Shown: positions 36,732-46,382, numbered from the stretch's first letter. The stretch: 64,000 bases of DNA from an uncultured bacterium (GCA_964584495.1 CAZPAH010000003.1:7148-71147), one strand, 5' to 3'. Notes: generated by a model not told the origin, from the letters alone. A program made the numbers and translations.

Positions 36732-37777
36732 CCTATGAGAGGCTTGTAGATCTCCATTTTCCTCTTGGCCTCGACGAACGAGTTGTCCTTATCGTAGGCC
36801 TGCTTGAAATAGTCGTAAGCCTGCTGGTATTTGTACTGATCCATGTATTTCAGCCCGAGTGCGTAGAGCTCGGCCGCGCCCATGTCGGTCGTCGCCGATT
36901 GGGAAATGGCGACGTCGGTCTCGTCCGTTATGAGGAGATTGAGCTTTCCCGCTATATCCAGGACCAGGGCCTTCTCCATCTCGATGAAATTCGGTTTCCC
37001 TTCCATGTCGGCCGAGGTTATGATCTCGGAAGTCTCGACCTTGACGACGCGCACGACCATCCGCGCGTTATCCTTGTCGAGCTGCGCTATGCTGCCGAAA
37101 ACCATGAGCTGCGCGCCGAGAAGCTTGCCGACCCTGACGGCGGCCGCCTGATCGAGCTTTCCCTCCTCGGAAAGCTTCAGCTCCCTGAGGAGGTAGTCCA
37201 GCTTGTCCCTTTCCACGACCTTCAGGTCCGAGAACTGGGAGAAATCGTACTCGAAGAAATCGGCCAGGGCCTTGCTGATATCGCCGAGCTCCTGCTTGTA
37301 CTTGCCTATCGAGAAGTTATCGAATTCCATTATCGCGATCGTCTGTATGCCCGGCTCGTCGTCGGACGGGCAGACGAGGACATTCTTCTGCCTGCAGAGT
37401 TCGTACCATTTGTCCCTCAGCTCGGTGGGCCATATCTCCCTGGGCAGCTGGATGAGGCAGTTGCCGATATTAGATATATCCGTGAGATAGCCGTAAGCTT
37501 CCCTTTTGTATTTCTGGCCCTTGGCATACGTGATGATGCTCTTCACCTCGAAAATGGCTATGCTGTCGGTGGCGCTGAGATCGTTTCTCTTGATGAGCTC
37601 GTCTGTGATCGCCAACCCCTTGTCGAATTCCAGCCCGGTGTAGTAGTCCACCGCCTGCGCGAGCTTTCCCGATATTTCCGTGCCCGTAGTGTCGGATGCC
37701 GATTGCACGGCGCTGAAAGATCCCAGCGCCAAGATGAACAATGCCGCGAAACAAAGAAAACGATATTCAAGCTTCAT
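36728..37777 (-). CDS. Secreted protein paralogous to the 35361..36731 gene (TolB-N-like domain plus TPR)
   Basis: Signal peptide. IAIMEFDNFSIGKYKQELGDISKALADFFEYDFSQFSDLKVVERDKLDYLLRELK parallels the domain in the downstream gene. Its start overlaps the neighbour's stop. Confidence 0.5.
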   Translation of the reverse strand: MKLEYRFLCFAALFILALGSFSAVQSASDTTGTEISGKLAQAVDYYTGLEFDKGLAITDELIKRNDLSATDSIAIFEVKSIITYAKGQKYKREAYGYLTDISNIGNCLIQLPREIWPTELRDKWYELCRQKNVLVCPSDDEPGIQTIAIMEFDNFSIGKYKQELGDISKALADFFEYDFSQFSDLKVVERDKLDYLLRELKLSEEGKLDQAAAVRVGKLLGAQLMVFGSIAQLDKDNARMVVRVVKVETSEIITSADMEGKPNFIEMEKALVLDIAGKLNLLITDETDVAISQSATTDMGAAELYALGLKYMDQYKYQQAYDYFKQAYDKDNSFVEAKRKMEIYKPLIG

Positions 37778-37830
37778 CGTGCCCTCCTTCTCGTTTTAAT
37801 CGATGAAAGCAGATACATTAACATTTTAGA

Positions 37831-39216
37831 CTAATTTTGGAAATTGTGCGATATTTTTGTTTGCCCGCCGCTTTCGATCAGAATCGTCTCGGAATATTCT
37901 ACCTCCCTGCCGTCGACCGTCAGGACGATCTTCACAACGTGCCGTCCCGGCGGAAGATCGAGCGTGTAGGGCGTTTCCTTCCCGCTGTCGGCGCCGTCGA
38001 TGAATATTCTCGCCCCGCGGGGCCTCGAGCCGACGAGGAGCTGCCCCGGCGAGGCAGGCTTGGGCTTCGTCTGCTCCTCCTTTACGGGAGCGGTGTCGCG
38101 GGCCGGCTGTCTCGCCGGCTGCTGCGTGGTGTTCCGCCTTGCGATCGTGACGTCCGGCTCCTTTTCCTTCGTATCCGGCGGTTGAGCCGTCGAGGCCGAA
38201 TTCCGTTCTGTACGGTCCGCCAATGTGTCGACCGCCGCCATGTGGTCCGGCCCGCCGCGGCGGGGGATCATCTTCCAGGCGACAAGCGCCGCCGCGATTA
38301 TAACGGCCGAGGCTATCGCGATCGCGGGGAGCCTCGATCCTTTTCGCGGCTTCTTACGGGGAGCCGATTTTTCGGCGGTCCCGATCTCCACCGTAGCCCC
38401 TTTGCATCTTTCGTATATGCTGCTTAGCTGCTCCCTCATCTCGGCGATCGAAGCGAAACGGTCCTCCGGTTTGCTCTCGATCGCTTTCATGACGGCGCTG
38501 TCGATTTGCTTGGTGATCTCCCCGTTCAGGGAGGAAGGGACCGCAGGCGCCTGGAACATCTTCAGGTCGCGCAGGATGAACTCGTTATCGCCCTTGAAGG
38601 GGAGCTCGCCGGTCAGCATCCTGAAGAGGATAGTGCCGACGGCGTAGATGTCGCATCTCGCGTAATCGAGCCCCTCGCCGCCGCCGAACTGCTCCGGGGC
38701 CATGTACTCGGGCGTCCCGGTCGCCGTGCCGACTATAGTGAGCTTCGGATCGGTCTTTCCCTTCGCGATCCCGAAATCGATTATCTTGAGCTTTCCGCCC
38801 TTCGTGAACATGATGTTGTTCGGTTTCATGTCCCGGTGGAATATCTCCTGCTGGTGGGCCGGCTCGAGCGCAGAGATGATGTCGAGGGCGGTCTTGAGGG
38901 CCTCGGGGATCGGCAGTTTCCCCTTCTCCTCCAGTATCTTCTCGAGGGAGGGGCCGTCTATGTACTCCATCGCGATCACGAACTCGTCACCGTGATTGAA
39001 GAAGTGCCTGATCTTGCAGATGTTGGGATTTCTGTCGAGAAGGGCCAGCTTGTCGGCTTCCTGCTTGAAGCGTTCCGCCAGGCGCGGATCGGAGAGCACT
39101 TTCAGGACGACCTTGAGGTTCGGCACGTCCTTGTGGACGGCGAGGTAGACCTTCGCCATGCCGCCCGAGCCGATATGCTCCAGGATCTTGTAATCTCCGA
39201 GATATTGATCAACCAT
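37831..39216 (-). CDS. Hanks-type Ser/Thr protein kinase with TM helix and C-terminal PEGA domain
   Basis: Kinase subdomains GSGGMAKVY, VLKVL, HRDMKPNNIMF, DFGIAKG and GTPEYMAPE are present. A TM helix (LPAIAIASAVIIAAALVAW) is followed by a C-terminus LLVGSRPRGARIFIDG...TPYTLDLPPGRHVVKI that fits PEGA. I took the start at the internal Met (MVDQYLGDYKIL) at 39216; the ORF extends to 39306. Confidence 0.7.
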   Translation of the reverse strand: MVDQYLGDYKILEHIGSGGMAKVYLAVHKDVPNLKVVLKVLSDPRLAERFKQEADKLALLDRNPNICKIRHFFNHGDEFVIAMEYIDGPSLEKILEEKGKLPIPEALKTALDIISALEPAHQQEIFHRDMKPNNIMFTKGGKLKIIDFGIAKGKTDPKLTIVGTATGTPEYMAPEQFGGGEGLDYARCDIYAVGTILFRMLTGELPFKGDNEFILRDLKMFQAPAVPSSLNGEITKQIDSAVMKAIESKPEDRFASIAEMREQLSSIYERCKGATVEIGTAEKSAPRKKPRKGSRLPAIAIASAVIIAAALVAWKMIPRRGGPDHMAAVDTLADRTERNSASTAQPPDTKEKEPDVTIARRNTTQQPARQPARDTAPVKEEQTKPKPASPGQLLVGSRPRGARIFIDGADSGKETPYTLDLPPGRHVVKIVLTVDGREVEYSETILIESGGQTKISHNFQN

Positions 39217-39436
39217 TGAGCGGTTCCCGTTATGGAAACTGAAGTTCCCCGCAAACGCGGACCCTCCCCGAGCCCGTACGGCGGCGGGCGAGGGGTACAA
39301 CTGCATGCGGGATCTTTTTATCCCGTCGAAATCTACCGCAGAGGCGCGGCCAAGTCAATCCTGAATCTTCCGGCACGCAGGGCCGCCCGGCCTCTGAACG
39401 GCCTCGGTCCTTCCAGGGTCGAAGGTTGGATGATCC

Positions 39437-40780
39437 TCAGAACCGCATAGTGAAGACGGTCTCGACGCCCGGCTTCGACCGGACGGTCAGGTCGCCCCTG
39501 TGAAGCCTCATGATCTGCCTCGAGAGGCTCAGTCCTATGCCCGAGCCGTCCTTCTTCGTGCTGTAGAAGGGGATGAAGACCTTCTCGGCCGCCTCCTCGA
39601 CGATACCCGGTCCGTTATCGGCTATCCTTATCACCAGGCGGCTTCTCTCGTCGATGGCCGCCTCGATCCTGATCGATCCGTCAGGCTTCGATTCGAGCGC
39701 CTGGATCGAGTTGAGGACGAGGTTTATCAGCACCTGCTCGATCAGCCTGGGATCGGCCGTCATCTCGAGGTTCGAGGGCTCTATCGAGGTGGAGATGGAT
39801 ATATCGGTCTCCTGCGACTGCGCCGAGACGAGCTTGATGATCCTCTCGAAGAGCTCCGAGACGGGGAAGGTGCTGTATTCCGGCTTCGGTATATGGGTAA
39901 GGTCGCGGTAGGTGTCGACGAACTGGAGGAGGTTGTGGCTCCGCTTCTGTATCGTCTGGAGGGCGCTCCTGATGTCGCCCGCATCGACCGAGGCGGTCTT
40001 GCCGGCGGTTACGCCGGGAAGGAGCAGCTCCTCGACGCTCGAGGCGAGGGAGGCTATCGGCGTCAGGGAGTTCTTTATCTCGTGCGTCAGCACCCTTATC
40101 AGGTTCTGCCAGGCGTCCATCTCCTTCTCGTTCAGCTCGCTGCTTATGTTCTGGATCGAAACGAGGGTCAGCACCCTGCTCCTCTGCCTCAGCTCGGTGG
40201 TGTAGATCGAAAGCTGCATCATCTCGCTGTTGACGGAAACCGTCACGAGGTCGCGCTGCCCGGGAACCGCTCCCCTCAGCCTCTCTAGGAGAACGGGGCT
40301 GATCGCGCCCAGCCCCGAGATATTCTTCAGGGATGGAATGTTGAACAGCCTCTTGACCGCGTTGTTCAGGAGGGCGACCTCTCCGTCGGCGGTGAAGGCT
40401 ATCATCCCTATGCCGACGTGCTGCACGACCGTCTGGAGGTAACGGAAATTCTCCTCCTTCTCGAGGCTTATCTCCCTGAACCGGTTGACGACGGAGGTGA
40501 ATGCCTCGTTGAGCTCGTCGAACGAGATCCCCTTTATTCCGCTGGTGAAGCTCTGGGAGAAATCGGAGTACTCGATCGATTCGAGAAACCTGGTAAGGTT
40601 CCTGTTCGTCTTTTCGCTGAACCTGACGAGGGAGACGATCTGGAAGAGGGCGGCCAGCCCGAAGAATATCGATGTCGCCGGCATCGAGGAGGATATCAGG
40701 AGATAGAGGAAAATGAATATAGTCGCGCTGAGGAGCAGCACGCGGACTGTCATCGCTATGCGGAATCTTCTAAAGGCCAT
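39437..40780 (-). CDS. Sensor histidine kinase (two N-terminal TM helices, PAS-like, HisKA, HATPase_c)
   Basis: The H-box THEIKNSLTPI, N box and G boxes (IRIADNGPGI, GSGIGLSL) are present. Its start overlaps the sigma-54 regulator stop. Confidence 0.75.
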   Translation of the reverse strand: MAFRRFRIAMTVRVLLLSATIFIFLYLLISSSMPATSIFFGLAALFQIVSLVRFSEKTNRNLTRFLESIEYSDFSQSFTSGIKGISFDELNEAFTSVVNRFREISLEKEENFRYLQTVVQHVGIGMIAFTADGEVALLNNAVKRLFNIPSLKNISGLGAISPVLLERLRGAVPGQRDLVTVSVNSEMMQLSIYTTELRQRSRVLTLVSIQNISSELNEKEMDAWQNLIRVLTHEIKNSLTPIASLASSVEELLLPGVTAGKTASVDAGDIRSALQTIQKRSHNLLQFVDTYRDLTHIPKPEYSTFPVSELFERIIKLVSAQSQETDISISTSIEPSNLEMTADPRLIEQVLINLVLNSIQALESKPDGSIRIEAAIDERSRLVIRIADNGPGIVEEAAEKVFIPFYSTKKDGSGIGLSLSRQIMRLHRGDLTVRSKPGVETVFTMRF

Positions 40781-42152
40781 ATCGTTCCAGCCTGCGGTAC
40801 AGGGCCGCGCGGCTCAGTCCGAGGCTCCGCGCCGCGAGCGATATATTGCCGTTGAACCTCGAGAGGGCCTTGCGTATCACGGTTTTTTCCATCTCCTCGA
40901 GGTTGAAGCTGTCGGCGTCGGCGCCGCCCTCGCTTTTCGGGGTATGGAAGGGGAAATCGTCCGGTTGGAGGGTCTGCGAGGAGGTCATTATCACGGCCCG
41001 CTCGACCGAGTGCTGGAGCTCCCTCACGTTTCCCGGCCAGTGGTACCTCTTGAGCTTGTTCAGCGCGGCGGCGCTGATCCGCGAGATCTCCTTCCTGTAC
41101 TTCTTCCTGTAGATGCCGAGGAAATACTCGGTGAGAAGGGGAAGATCCTCGATCCGCTCCCTGAGGGGGGGAAGGGGGATCTCCACCGTGTTTATCCTGT
41201 AGAGAAGGTCCTGCCTGAACAGGCCCGATTCGACCATCGAGGGAAGGGAGATGTTGGTCGCGCAGATAAGCCGTATATCGACCGTCTTCGCCCTGTTCGA
41301 TCCGACCCTCGTCACCTGCCGGCTCTGGAGCGCCGAGAGGATCTTCGCCTGAAGGTCGAGTGGGAGGTTGCCGATCTCGTCGAGAAAAAGGGTCCCGCCC
41401 GAGGCGATCTCGAAACGCCCGGGACGGTTCTCCTTCGCGTCGGTGAAGGCCCCCTTCACGTGGCCGAACAGCTCGCTCTCGAAAAGCGTTCCGCTGAGCG
41501 CCCCCATGTCGACCCTCACGAAAGGCTCGGCGGCCCGCGGGGAGCCGCGGTGCACGGCCCTCGCCACGATCTCCTTGCCGGTGCCGTTCTCTCCCGTTAT
41601 AAGAACATTGGCGTCGGTGACGGCGACCTTGTCGATGATGGCGAATACCCTGCGGATCGACTCCGACTCCCCTATGAAATCGTGAAAAGGGAGGTCCATG
41701 TCGCGGTTGAGCTGTTTCTGGCGCTCCCTGAGCCCTTCGGTCTCCTTCTTCGATCGGCTGAGGGCCATCGCCGCCGATACGGTTGCGAGAAGCTTCTCGT
41801 TCTTCCAGGGCTTCACGATGAAATCGGAGGCCCCTTCCTTGATCGACCTAACGGCGGTCTCGTAGTCGGCGAAAGCGGTTATGAGAATCACGCTCGCAGA
41901 TGGTGATATGGAGAGTATGCGGTTGAGCCAGAAAAACCCTTCCTGGCCGCTCGTGACATCCTCGGTGAAGTTCATATCGAGGAGTATCACGTCGAAGGAC
42001 TCGTTCTTTAGCAGGTCGGGGAGAGCCTCGGGCCTCGTCTCGGTTTGAACGAGGGCGAAATGCTGCTTGAGAAAGAGGCGGGCGGCGAAGAGAACATCCT
42101 CGTCGTCGTCTACTATCAGTATCTTGCCGTACTTTACTGCCATCATATTCAT
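40770..42152 (-). CDS. Sigma-54-dependent response regulator (NtrC family enhancer-binding protein)
   Basis: The receiver domain (ILIVDDDEDV...D...LLDMNF) is followed by an AAA+ sigma54 activator core with Walker A GENGTGKE, a GAFTDA variant of GAFTGA, ESELFGH and an arginine finger. A C-terminal Fis-type HTH (LAARSLGLSRAALYRRL) closes the protein. Confidence 0.8.
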   Translation of the reverse strand: MNMMAVKYGKILIVDDDEDVLFAARLFLKQHFALVQTETRPEALPDLLKNESFDVILLDMNFTEDVTSGQEGFFWLNRILSISPSASVILITAFADYETAVRSIKEGASDFIVKPWKNEKLLATVSAAMALSRSKKETEGLRERQKQLNRDMDLPFHDFIGESESIRRVFAIIDKVAVTDANVLITGENGTGKEIVARAVHRGSPRAAEPFVRVDMGALSGTLFESELFGHVKGAFTDAKENRPGRFEIASGGTLFLDEIGNLPLDLQAKILSALQSRQVTRVGSNRAKTVDIRLICATNISLPSMVESGLFRQDLLYRINTVEIPLPPLRERIEDLPLLTEYFLGIYRKKYRKEISRISAAALNKLKRYHWPGNVRELQHSVERAVIMTSSQTLQPDDFPFHTPKSEGGADADSFNLEEMEKTVIRKALSRFNGNISLAARSLGLSRAALYRRLERYGL

Positions 42153-42373
42153 CTACGAAACAAACGGTAATTAGTTACGGGATCGCAAGGAAAAACTGTC
42201 CGATTGCGGACGGCGGGTGTGTCGCCGGCGGACAGGGAGAAAGATGGATAAATATTTACCGCCTTGTAATAAAAGAAGATAACCTTATGGCACGGATAAT
42301 GAATATGAAATTACCGTTATCGTTGGACGGTGCCCGAGCGACCGGTCGAAGTTGGAGCGCTCGGAGCCCCATC

Positions 42374-42410
42374 AGGGGAGCGTACATATCTCGGGGCGTA
42401 CGCTCCCCTG
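42374..42410. promoter_or_regulatory. Perfect 13-bp inverted repeat with 12-nt spacer (CAGGGGAGCGTAC-N12-GTACGCTCCCCTG); candidate UAS/operator or hairpin
   Basis: Read directly from the sequence. It lies in the 512-bp AT-richer divergent intergenic region between the sigma-54 activator gene and the FtsX exporter operon, about 200 bp upstream of a -24/-12-like element. Confidence 0.3.
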
Positions 42411-42607
42411 TAATTTATCTTCATATCGACTGCCGCAGGTCGTTTCCCAGGGGTCATGGAGATCCTTCATCATCGACTGATATAGCAATACTCACGATCA
42501 CGTAACATTCATGCTGTCCGTTTTCGAACACTCCTTGTCCTGCAAGCGGACACATAATAGGGGGGGTGTACGCCGCTAACATATAATAATACAAGGTATT
42601 AGTGATA

Positions 42608-42624
42608 TGGCACGGGGATTGATC
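42608..42624 (+). promoter_or_regulatory. Candidate sigma-54 (-24/-12) promoter for the FtsX/HlyD/ABC operon
   Basis: TGGCAC-GGGGA-TTGAT at 42608-42624, about 40 nt upstream of the ATG at 42665. The -24 GG element is perfect, but the -12 element is TTGA instead of TTGC, so the match is imperfect. Confidence 0.2.
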
Positions 42625-42664
42625 TATAAATAAGCCGAAGCGTTGTCAAAATCTCCCGCGGAGG

Positions 42665-45049
42665 GTGGAAATGTTCGGAAATTACGTGAAGATCGCCTTT
42701 AGAAATATGATGAAGCATAAAGGTCATGCTTTTATCAATGTCGCCGGCCTGGCGATGGGGATGACGGGGTGCATCCTTATCATGCTCTGGGTGGGTGACG
42801 AGCTCAGCTATGACGGGTTTCACGAGAATGCGCGGTCAATCTACCGGGTAAACAGCTTCGGAACGAAATATTTCATCGACGGCTTCGACGGCACCCCGTT
42901 CCCCATGGCGCCTTCGGCGCGCGAGGGGGTGCCGGGCGTTTTGAACGCAACGAGGCTGATGGAGATCCCGAGGGGTTTCTTCAGGCACGGGGACAACGTT
43001 TTCTACGAGAGCGGGGGGCTCCTGGTCGACAACGGCTTTCTCGATATCCTCTCCTTCCCGCTGCTTATGGGGAGCAAGGAGACGGCATTCTCGAATCCCC
43101 GGAGTATCCTGATAAGCGAATCGATGGCGGCCAGGTATTTCGGTGAGGAAAATCCGATCGGCGGGACGATCGAGACGGAGTGGTTCGAGGGGATCGTCTC
43201 GGGGGTGCTGCGCGATGTGCCGCGGAATTCCACCATCAGGTTCGATTTTCTCGCCTCCTTCGACGTCCTGAAGGAGCTGGGTTTCCCCGAGCCGGGCTGG
43301 GGGGCGTTCAACTATTCAACGCTTCTCCTGCTCGAAGATAGTGCCGACGCGGGCCATGTAGGGGAGATGATCACCACGATCGCGAAGGTCAACCACTGCC
43401 CCCAGGTGGCCGACGGATGCCGGTTCCAGCTGAGCCCGCTCGGCGGGTACCACCTCGACGGGCTCGCGACGAAACAGCGGGTCTACACGGAGGCGGGGAG
43501 CATGACCCTCGTCTATTCATTCTCGGCGATCGCCGTTTTCGTTCTTCTCGTCGCCTGCATGAATTTCATGAACCTCTCGACGGCGCGTTCGATGAACAGG
43601 GCCAAGGAGATAGGCTTGAGAAAGGTCACCGGCGCCCGCAGGATCAATATCATCCGTCAGTTCCTGGGCGAATCGATCGCCTTCTCCTTCCTCGCTCTCG
43701 TGACGGCCCTGGCCCTGGTGGAGCTTCTGCTTCCATATTTCAACGAGCTCTGCGGCAAGAGCATCGTTTTGAACTTGTACGATGGAAGGATCTTCCCACT
43801 GCTTATAGGGATCGCCCTAGTAACGGGGCTTCTCGCGGTGAGCTATCCGGCCCTTCATCTTTCCTCCTTCCGGCCTATCGACGCGATAAGAGGGTTCTCC
43901 GGAAAGGGCGCAAGGGGGGCGGGATTTCGCAGGGTCCTCGTCGTGATGCAGTTTTCGATCACGATCCTGCTTATTATCACGACCCTGGTGATATACAAGC
44001 AGCTCGATTTCATAAAGAAGAAGAAGCTGGGATTCGATAAGGAAAACGTGGTTTTCGTGCCGTTGAAGGGAGGGATCGCCGGCAGCTACGATGCGGTCAA
44101 GGAGAGCCTGCTGGCCTCCCCCGGGATAGTGTCCGTCTCCGCCCAGAACGTTCTGAACGCTCAGATGTGCTTTCGAAGCACCGACTACGATTGGGAGGGC
44201 AGGCCGGCGGAGGTGACGCAGGATATGCTGATCTCGTACGTCGATTTCGATTTCTTCGAAACGATGGGCCTGGAGATCAAGGAGGGGAGGGCCTTCTCTC
44301 CGGAATTCTCATCGGAAGAATTATCGTATATCGTAAACGAGGAGGCGGTGAGGGCGATGAAGCTCGATTCGCCGGTCGGCAAGCGGTTCAGCTACAACGG
44401 CAGGGAGGGAACTATCGTGGGAGTGACTAAAGACGCCCACTTCCGTTCGCTTCACGCGAAGATCGAGCCGCAAGTCTTCTGTCTTATGACCGATATGACG
44501 GGGGCGAGCTCCTGGGGGGTCGTGCTGATCAGGATCGACGGAGGGAACGTTCCGGCGGCGCTGTCGAGCGTGCGCGGCGTTTGGGAACGGTTCTACCCGG
44601 CCGCCCCCTTCGAGTACCATTTCCTCGACGATACGTACAGGGGCCTTTACTCGACCGAAGAGAAAACGGAAAAGATAATAGACAGCTTCACGGCGTTCGC
44701 CCTGCTGATCTCCTGCCTTGGGCTGTTAGGGCTGGCCGCGTTCATATCCCAGAAACGGACCAAGGAGATAGGGATCAGGAAGGTGCTTGGAGCCTCCGTC
44801 GCCGGCATAGTGATGCTTCTGTCGAAGGATTTCGTCAAATGCGTGCTCGTAGCGAACCTTATCGCCTGGCCCGCCGGGTATTTTGTGGCCGACAGGATGT
44901 TGAGGGCCTACGCGTACAGGGTGGACCTCGGACCCGAGATCTTCATCGCAGCCGGCGCGGCAGCCCTGGCGGTCGCCCTTCTGACGGTAGGCTACCAGGC
45001 CGTGGTCGCGGCCCTGGGCAATCCGTCGGAAACGCTCAGGTACGAGTAG
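42665..45049 (+). CDS. ABC transporter permease, FtsX/MacB-like (~800 aa)
   Basis: Same architecture as the 1288..3711 gene and paralogous to it. It is followed by HlyD-family and two ABC ATPase genes. Confidence 0.8.
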   Translation: MEMFGNYVKIAFRNMMKHKGHAFINVAGLAMGMTGCILIMLWVGDELSYDGFHENARSIYRVNSFGTKYFIDGFDGTPFPMAPSAREGVPGVLNATRLMEIPRGFFRHGDNVFYESGGLLVDNGFLDILSFPLLMGSKETAFSNPRSILISESMAARYFGEENPIGGTIETEWFEGIVSGVLRDVPRNSTIRFDFLASFDVLKELGFPEPGWGAFNYSTLLLLEDSADAGHVGEMITTIAKVNHCPQVADGCRFQLSPLGGYHLDGLATKQRVYTEAGSMTLVYSFSAIAVFVLLVACMNFMNLSTARSMNRAKEIGLRKVTGARRINIIRQFLGESIAFSFLALVTALALVELLLPYFNELCGKSIVLNLYDGRIFPLLIGIALVTGLLAVSYPALHLSSFRPIDAIRGFSGKGARGAGFRRVLVVMQFSITILLIITTLVIYKQLDFIKKKKLGFDKENVVFVPLKGGIAGSYDAVKESLLASPGIVSVSAQNVLNAQMCFRSTDYDWEGRPAEVTQDMLISYVDFDFFETMGLEIKEGRAFSPEFSSEELSYIVNEEAVRAMKLDSPVGKRFSYNGREGTIVGVTKDAHFRSLHAKIEPQVFCLMTDMTGASSWGVVLIRIDGGNVPAALSSVRGVWERFYPAAPFEYHFLDDTYRGLYSTEEKTEKIIDSFTAFALLISCLGLLGLAAFISQKRTKEIGIRKVLGASVAGIVMLLSKDFVKCVLVANLIAWPAGYFVADRMLRAYAYRVDLGPEIFIAAGAAALAVALLTVGYQAVVAALGNPSETLRYE

Positions 45050-45080
45050 CGGGATCATATCGAACAATAGGAGAATCGTT

Positions 45081-46334
45081 TTGGATCGTAAGATCGAGAA
45101 AAAGAGATGGACGCCTAAAAAGATCGCCTACATAGCCGGGGGCGCCGTGCTCGTGGTATTCGTCGGCTACAACCTGATTTTCGGAAACCTTAACTCCAAG
45201 CTGAACGTAAAATCAGAGAGGATAACGATCTCCCGGGTGGAGAAAGGTCAGTTCCAGGAGTTCATCCCGGTGACCGGCACGATCATACCTATAGGCACGT
45301 ATTTCCTAGATGCGGTCGAGGGCGGCAGGGTCGAGACGGTCTATCTCGAAGCGGGCAGCTTCGTGAAGAAGGGTGACAGGATCCTGAAGCTGGTCAACAC
45401 GAACCTTCTTCTCGATATAATGTACAGGGAGGCGGAACTGTTCCAGCAGAGCAACAATCTCCGAAACACGAAGCTCGACATGGCCCGTAACGGCCTCGAG
45501 ATGAGAAGGCAGCTTCTCGAGCTCGGCCGCGAGATCAAGAAGCAGAAGAGGATAAGCGAGAGCAACGAGGTTCTGGCCGGAAAGAACCTGATCTCCTCGC
45601 GCGAGTACGAGGAGTCGAAAGACGAGCTCGATTATCTCTACGACAAGTTGAAGCTGACGATGGAGATGCACAAGCAGGATTCCATATTCAGGGACAGCCA
45701 GGTCGAGCAGCTCGAGGTGTCGCTGGAAAGGATGAACGACAACCTCGAAATCGTGAAGCAGAACCTGGAGAACCTCGTGATCAAGGCTCCCGTCTCGGGA
45801 CAGCTTACATCGCTGAAAGCTGAAATAGGCGAGTCGAAATCGCGGGGGGAAAGGCTCGGACAGATAGATGTTCTCGACGGATTCAAGGTGAGGGTATCGA
45901 TCGACGAGCATTACATATCCCGCATCAGCGAGGGCCAGACAGGAACCTTCAATCTTGCCGACGAGACATTCGGCCTTACTATAACGAGGGTCTATCCGGA
46001 GGTCCTCAACGGGCGTTTCGAGGTCGATATGAATTTCAACGGCAAGGAACCGGAGGGGATACGCAGGGGGCAGACCCTGCGTATCAGGCTGGAGCTTGGA
46101 GACCTTTCCGAGGCGCTCCTGCTGGCGACCGGCGGCTTCTATCAGAAGACCGGCGGCAGGTGGGCCTACGTGGTAGACGATTCGGGCAGGAACGCCTTCA
46201 AGAGGCAGATCCGGCTGGGAAGGGAGAATTCCCTCTTCTACGAGGTGCTCGGCGGCCTCGAGCCGGGAGACAGGGTCATCACGTCGTCGTACGACAATTT
46301 CGGCGACGTGGATCAATTGATACTGAAGCAGTAG
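45081..46334 (+). CDS. HlyD-family membrane fusion protein (periplasmic adaptor subunit)
   Basis: An N-terminal TM anchor (IAYIAGGAVLVVFVGYNLIF) is followed by a long coiled-coil region and beta-barrel/lipoyl-like segments (VKKGDRILKL, VSGQLTSL). Confidence 0.75.
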   Translation: MDRKIEKKRWTPKKIAYIAGGAVLVVFVGYNLIFGNLNSKLNVKSERITISRVEKGQFQEFIPVTGTIIPIGTYFLDAVEGGRVETVYLEAGSFVKKGDRILKLVNTNLLLDIMYREAELFQQSNNLRNTKLDMARNGLEMRRQLLELGREIKKQKRISESNEVLAGKNLISSREYEESKDELDYLYDKLKLTMEMHKQDSIFRDSQVEQLEVSLERMNDNLEIVKQNLENLVIKAPVSGQLTSLKAEIGESKSRGERLGQIDVLDGFKVRVSIDEHYISRISEGQTGTFNLADETFGLTITRVYPEVLNGRFEVDMNFNGKEPEGIRRGQTLRIRLELGDLSEALLLATGGFYQKTGGRWAYVVDDSGRNAFKRQIRLGRENSLFYEVLGGLEPGDRVITSSYDNFGDVDQLILKQ

Positions 46335-46382
46335 GATCCAGGGGGAATCAGGAGATTTCATCAATGCGGAGGAACAAGGAGA

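Noticed and set aside
42288-42304. Second TGGCAC-containing site (TGGCACGGATAATGAAT) as a sigma-54 promoter
   Set aside because: No TTGC-like -12 element lies at the correct spacing. It is kept only as part of the duplicated ATGGCACGG 9-mer observation.
42287-42505. 72-aa ORF in the divergent intergenic region; it begins with the ATGGCACGG repeat
   Set aside because: No Shine-Dalgarno precedes it and it spans the 13-bp palindrome. It more likely represents regulatory DNA (UAS/promoter) than a gene.
45306-46364. 352-aa minus-strand ORF inside the HlyD gene
   Set aside because: It is antisense to a frame with an MFP coiled-coil and lipoyl-like motifs.
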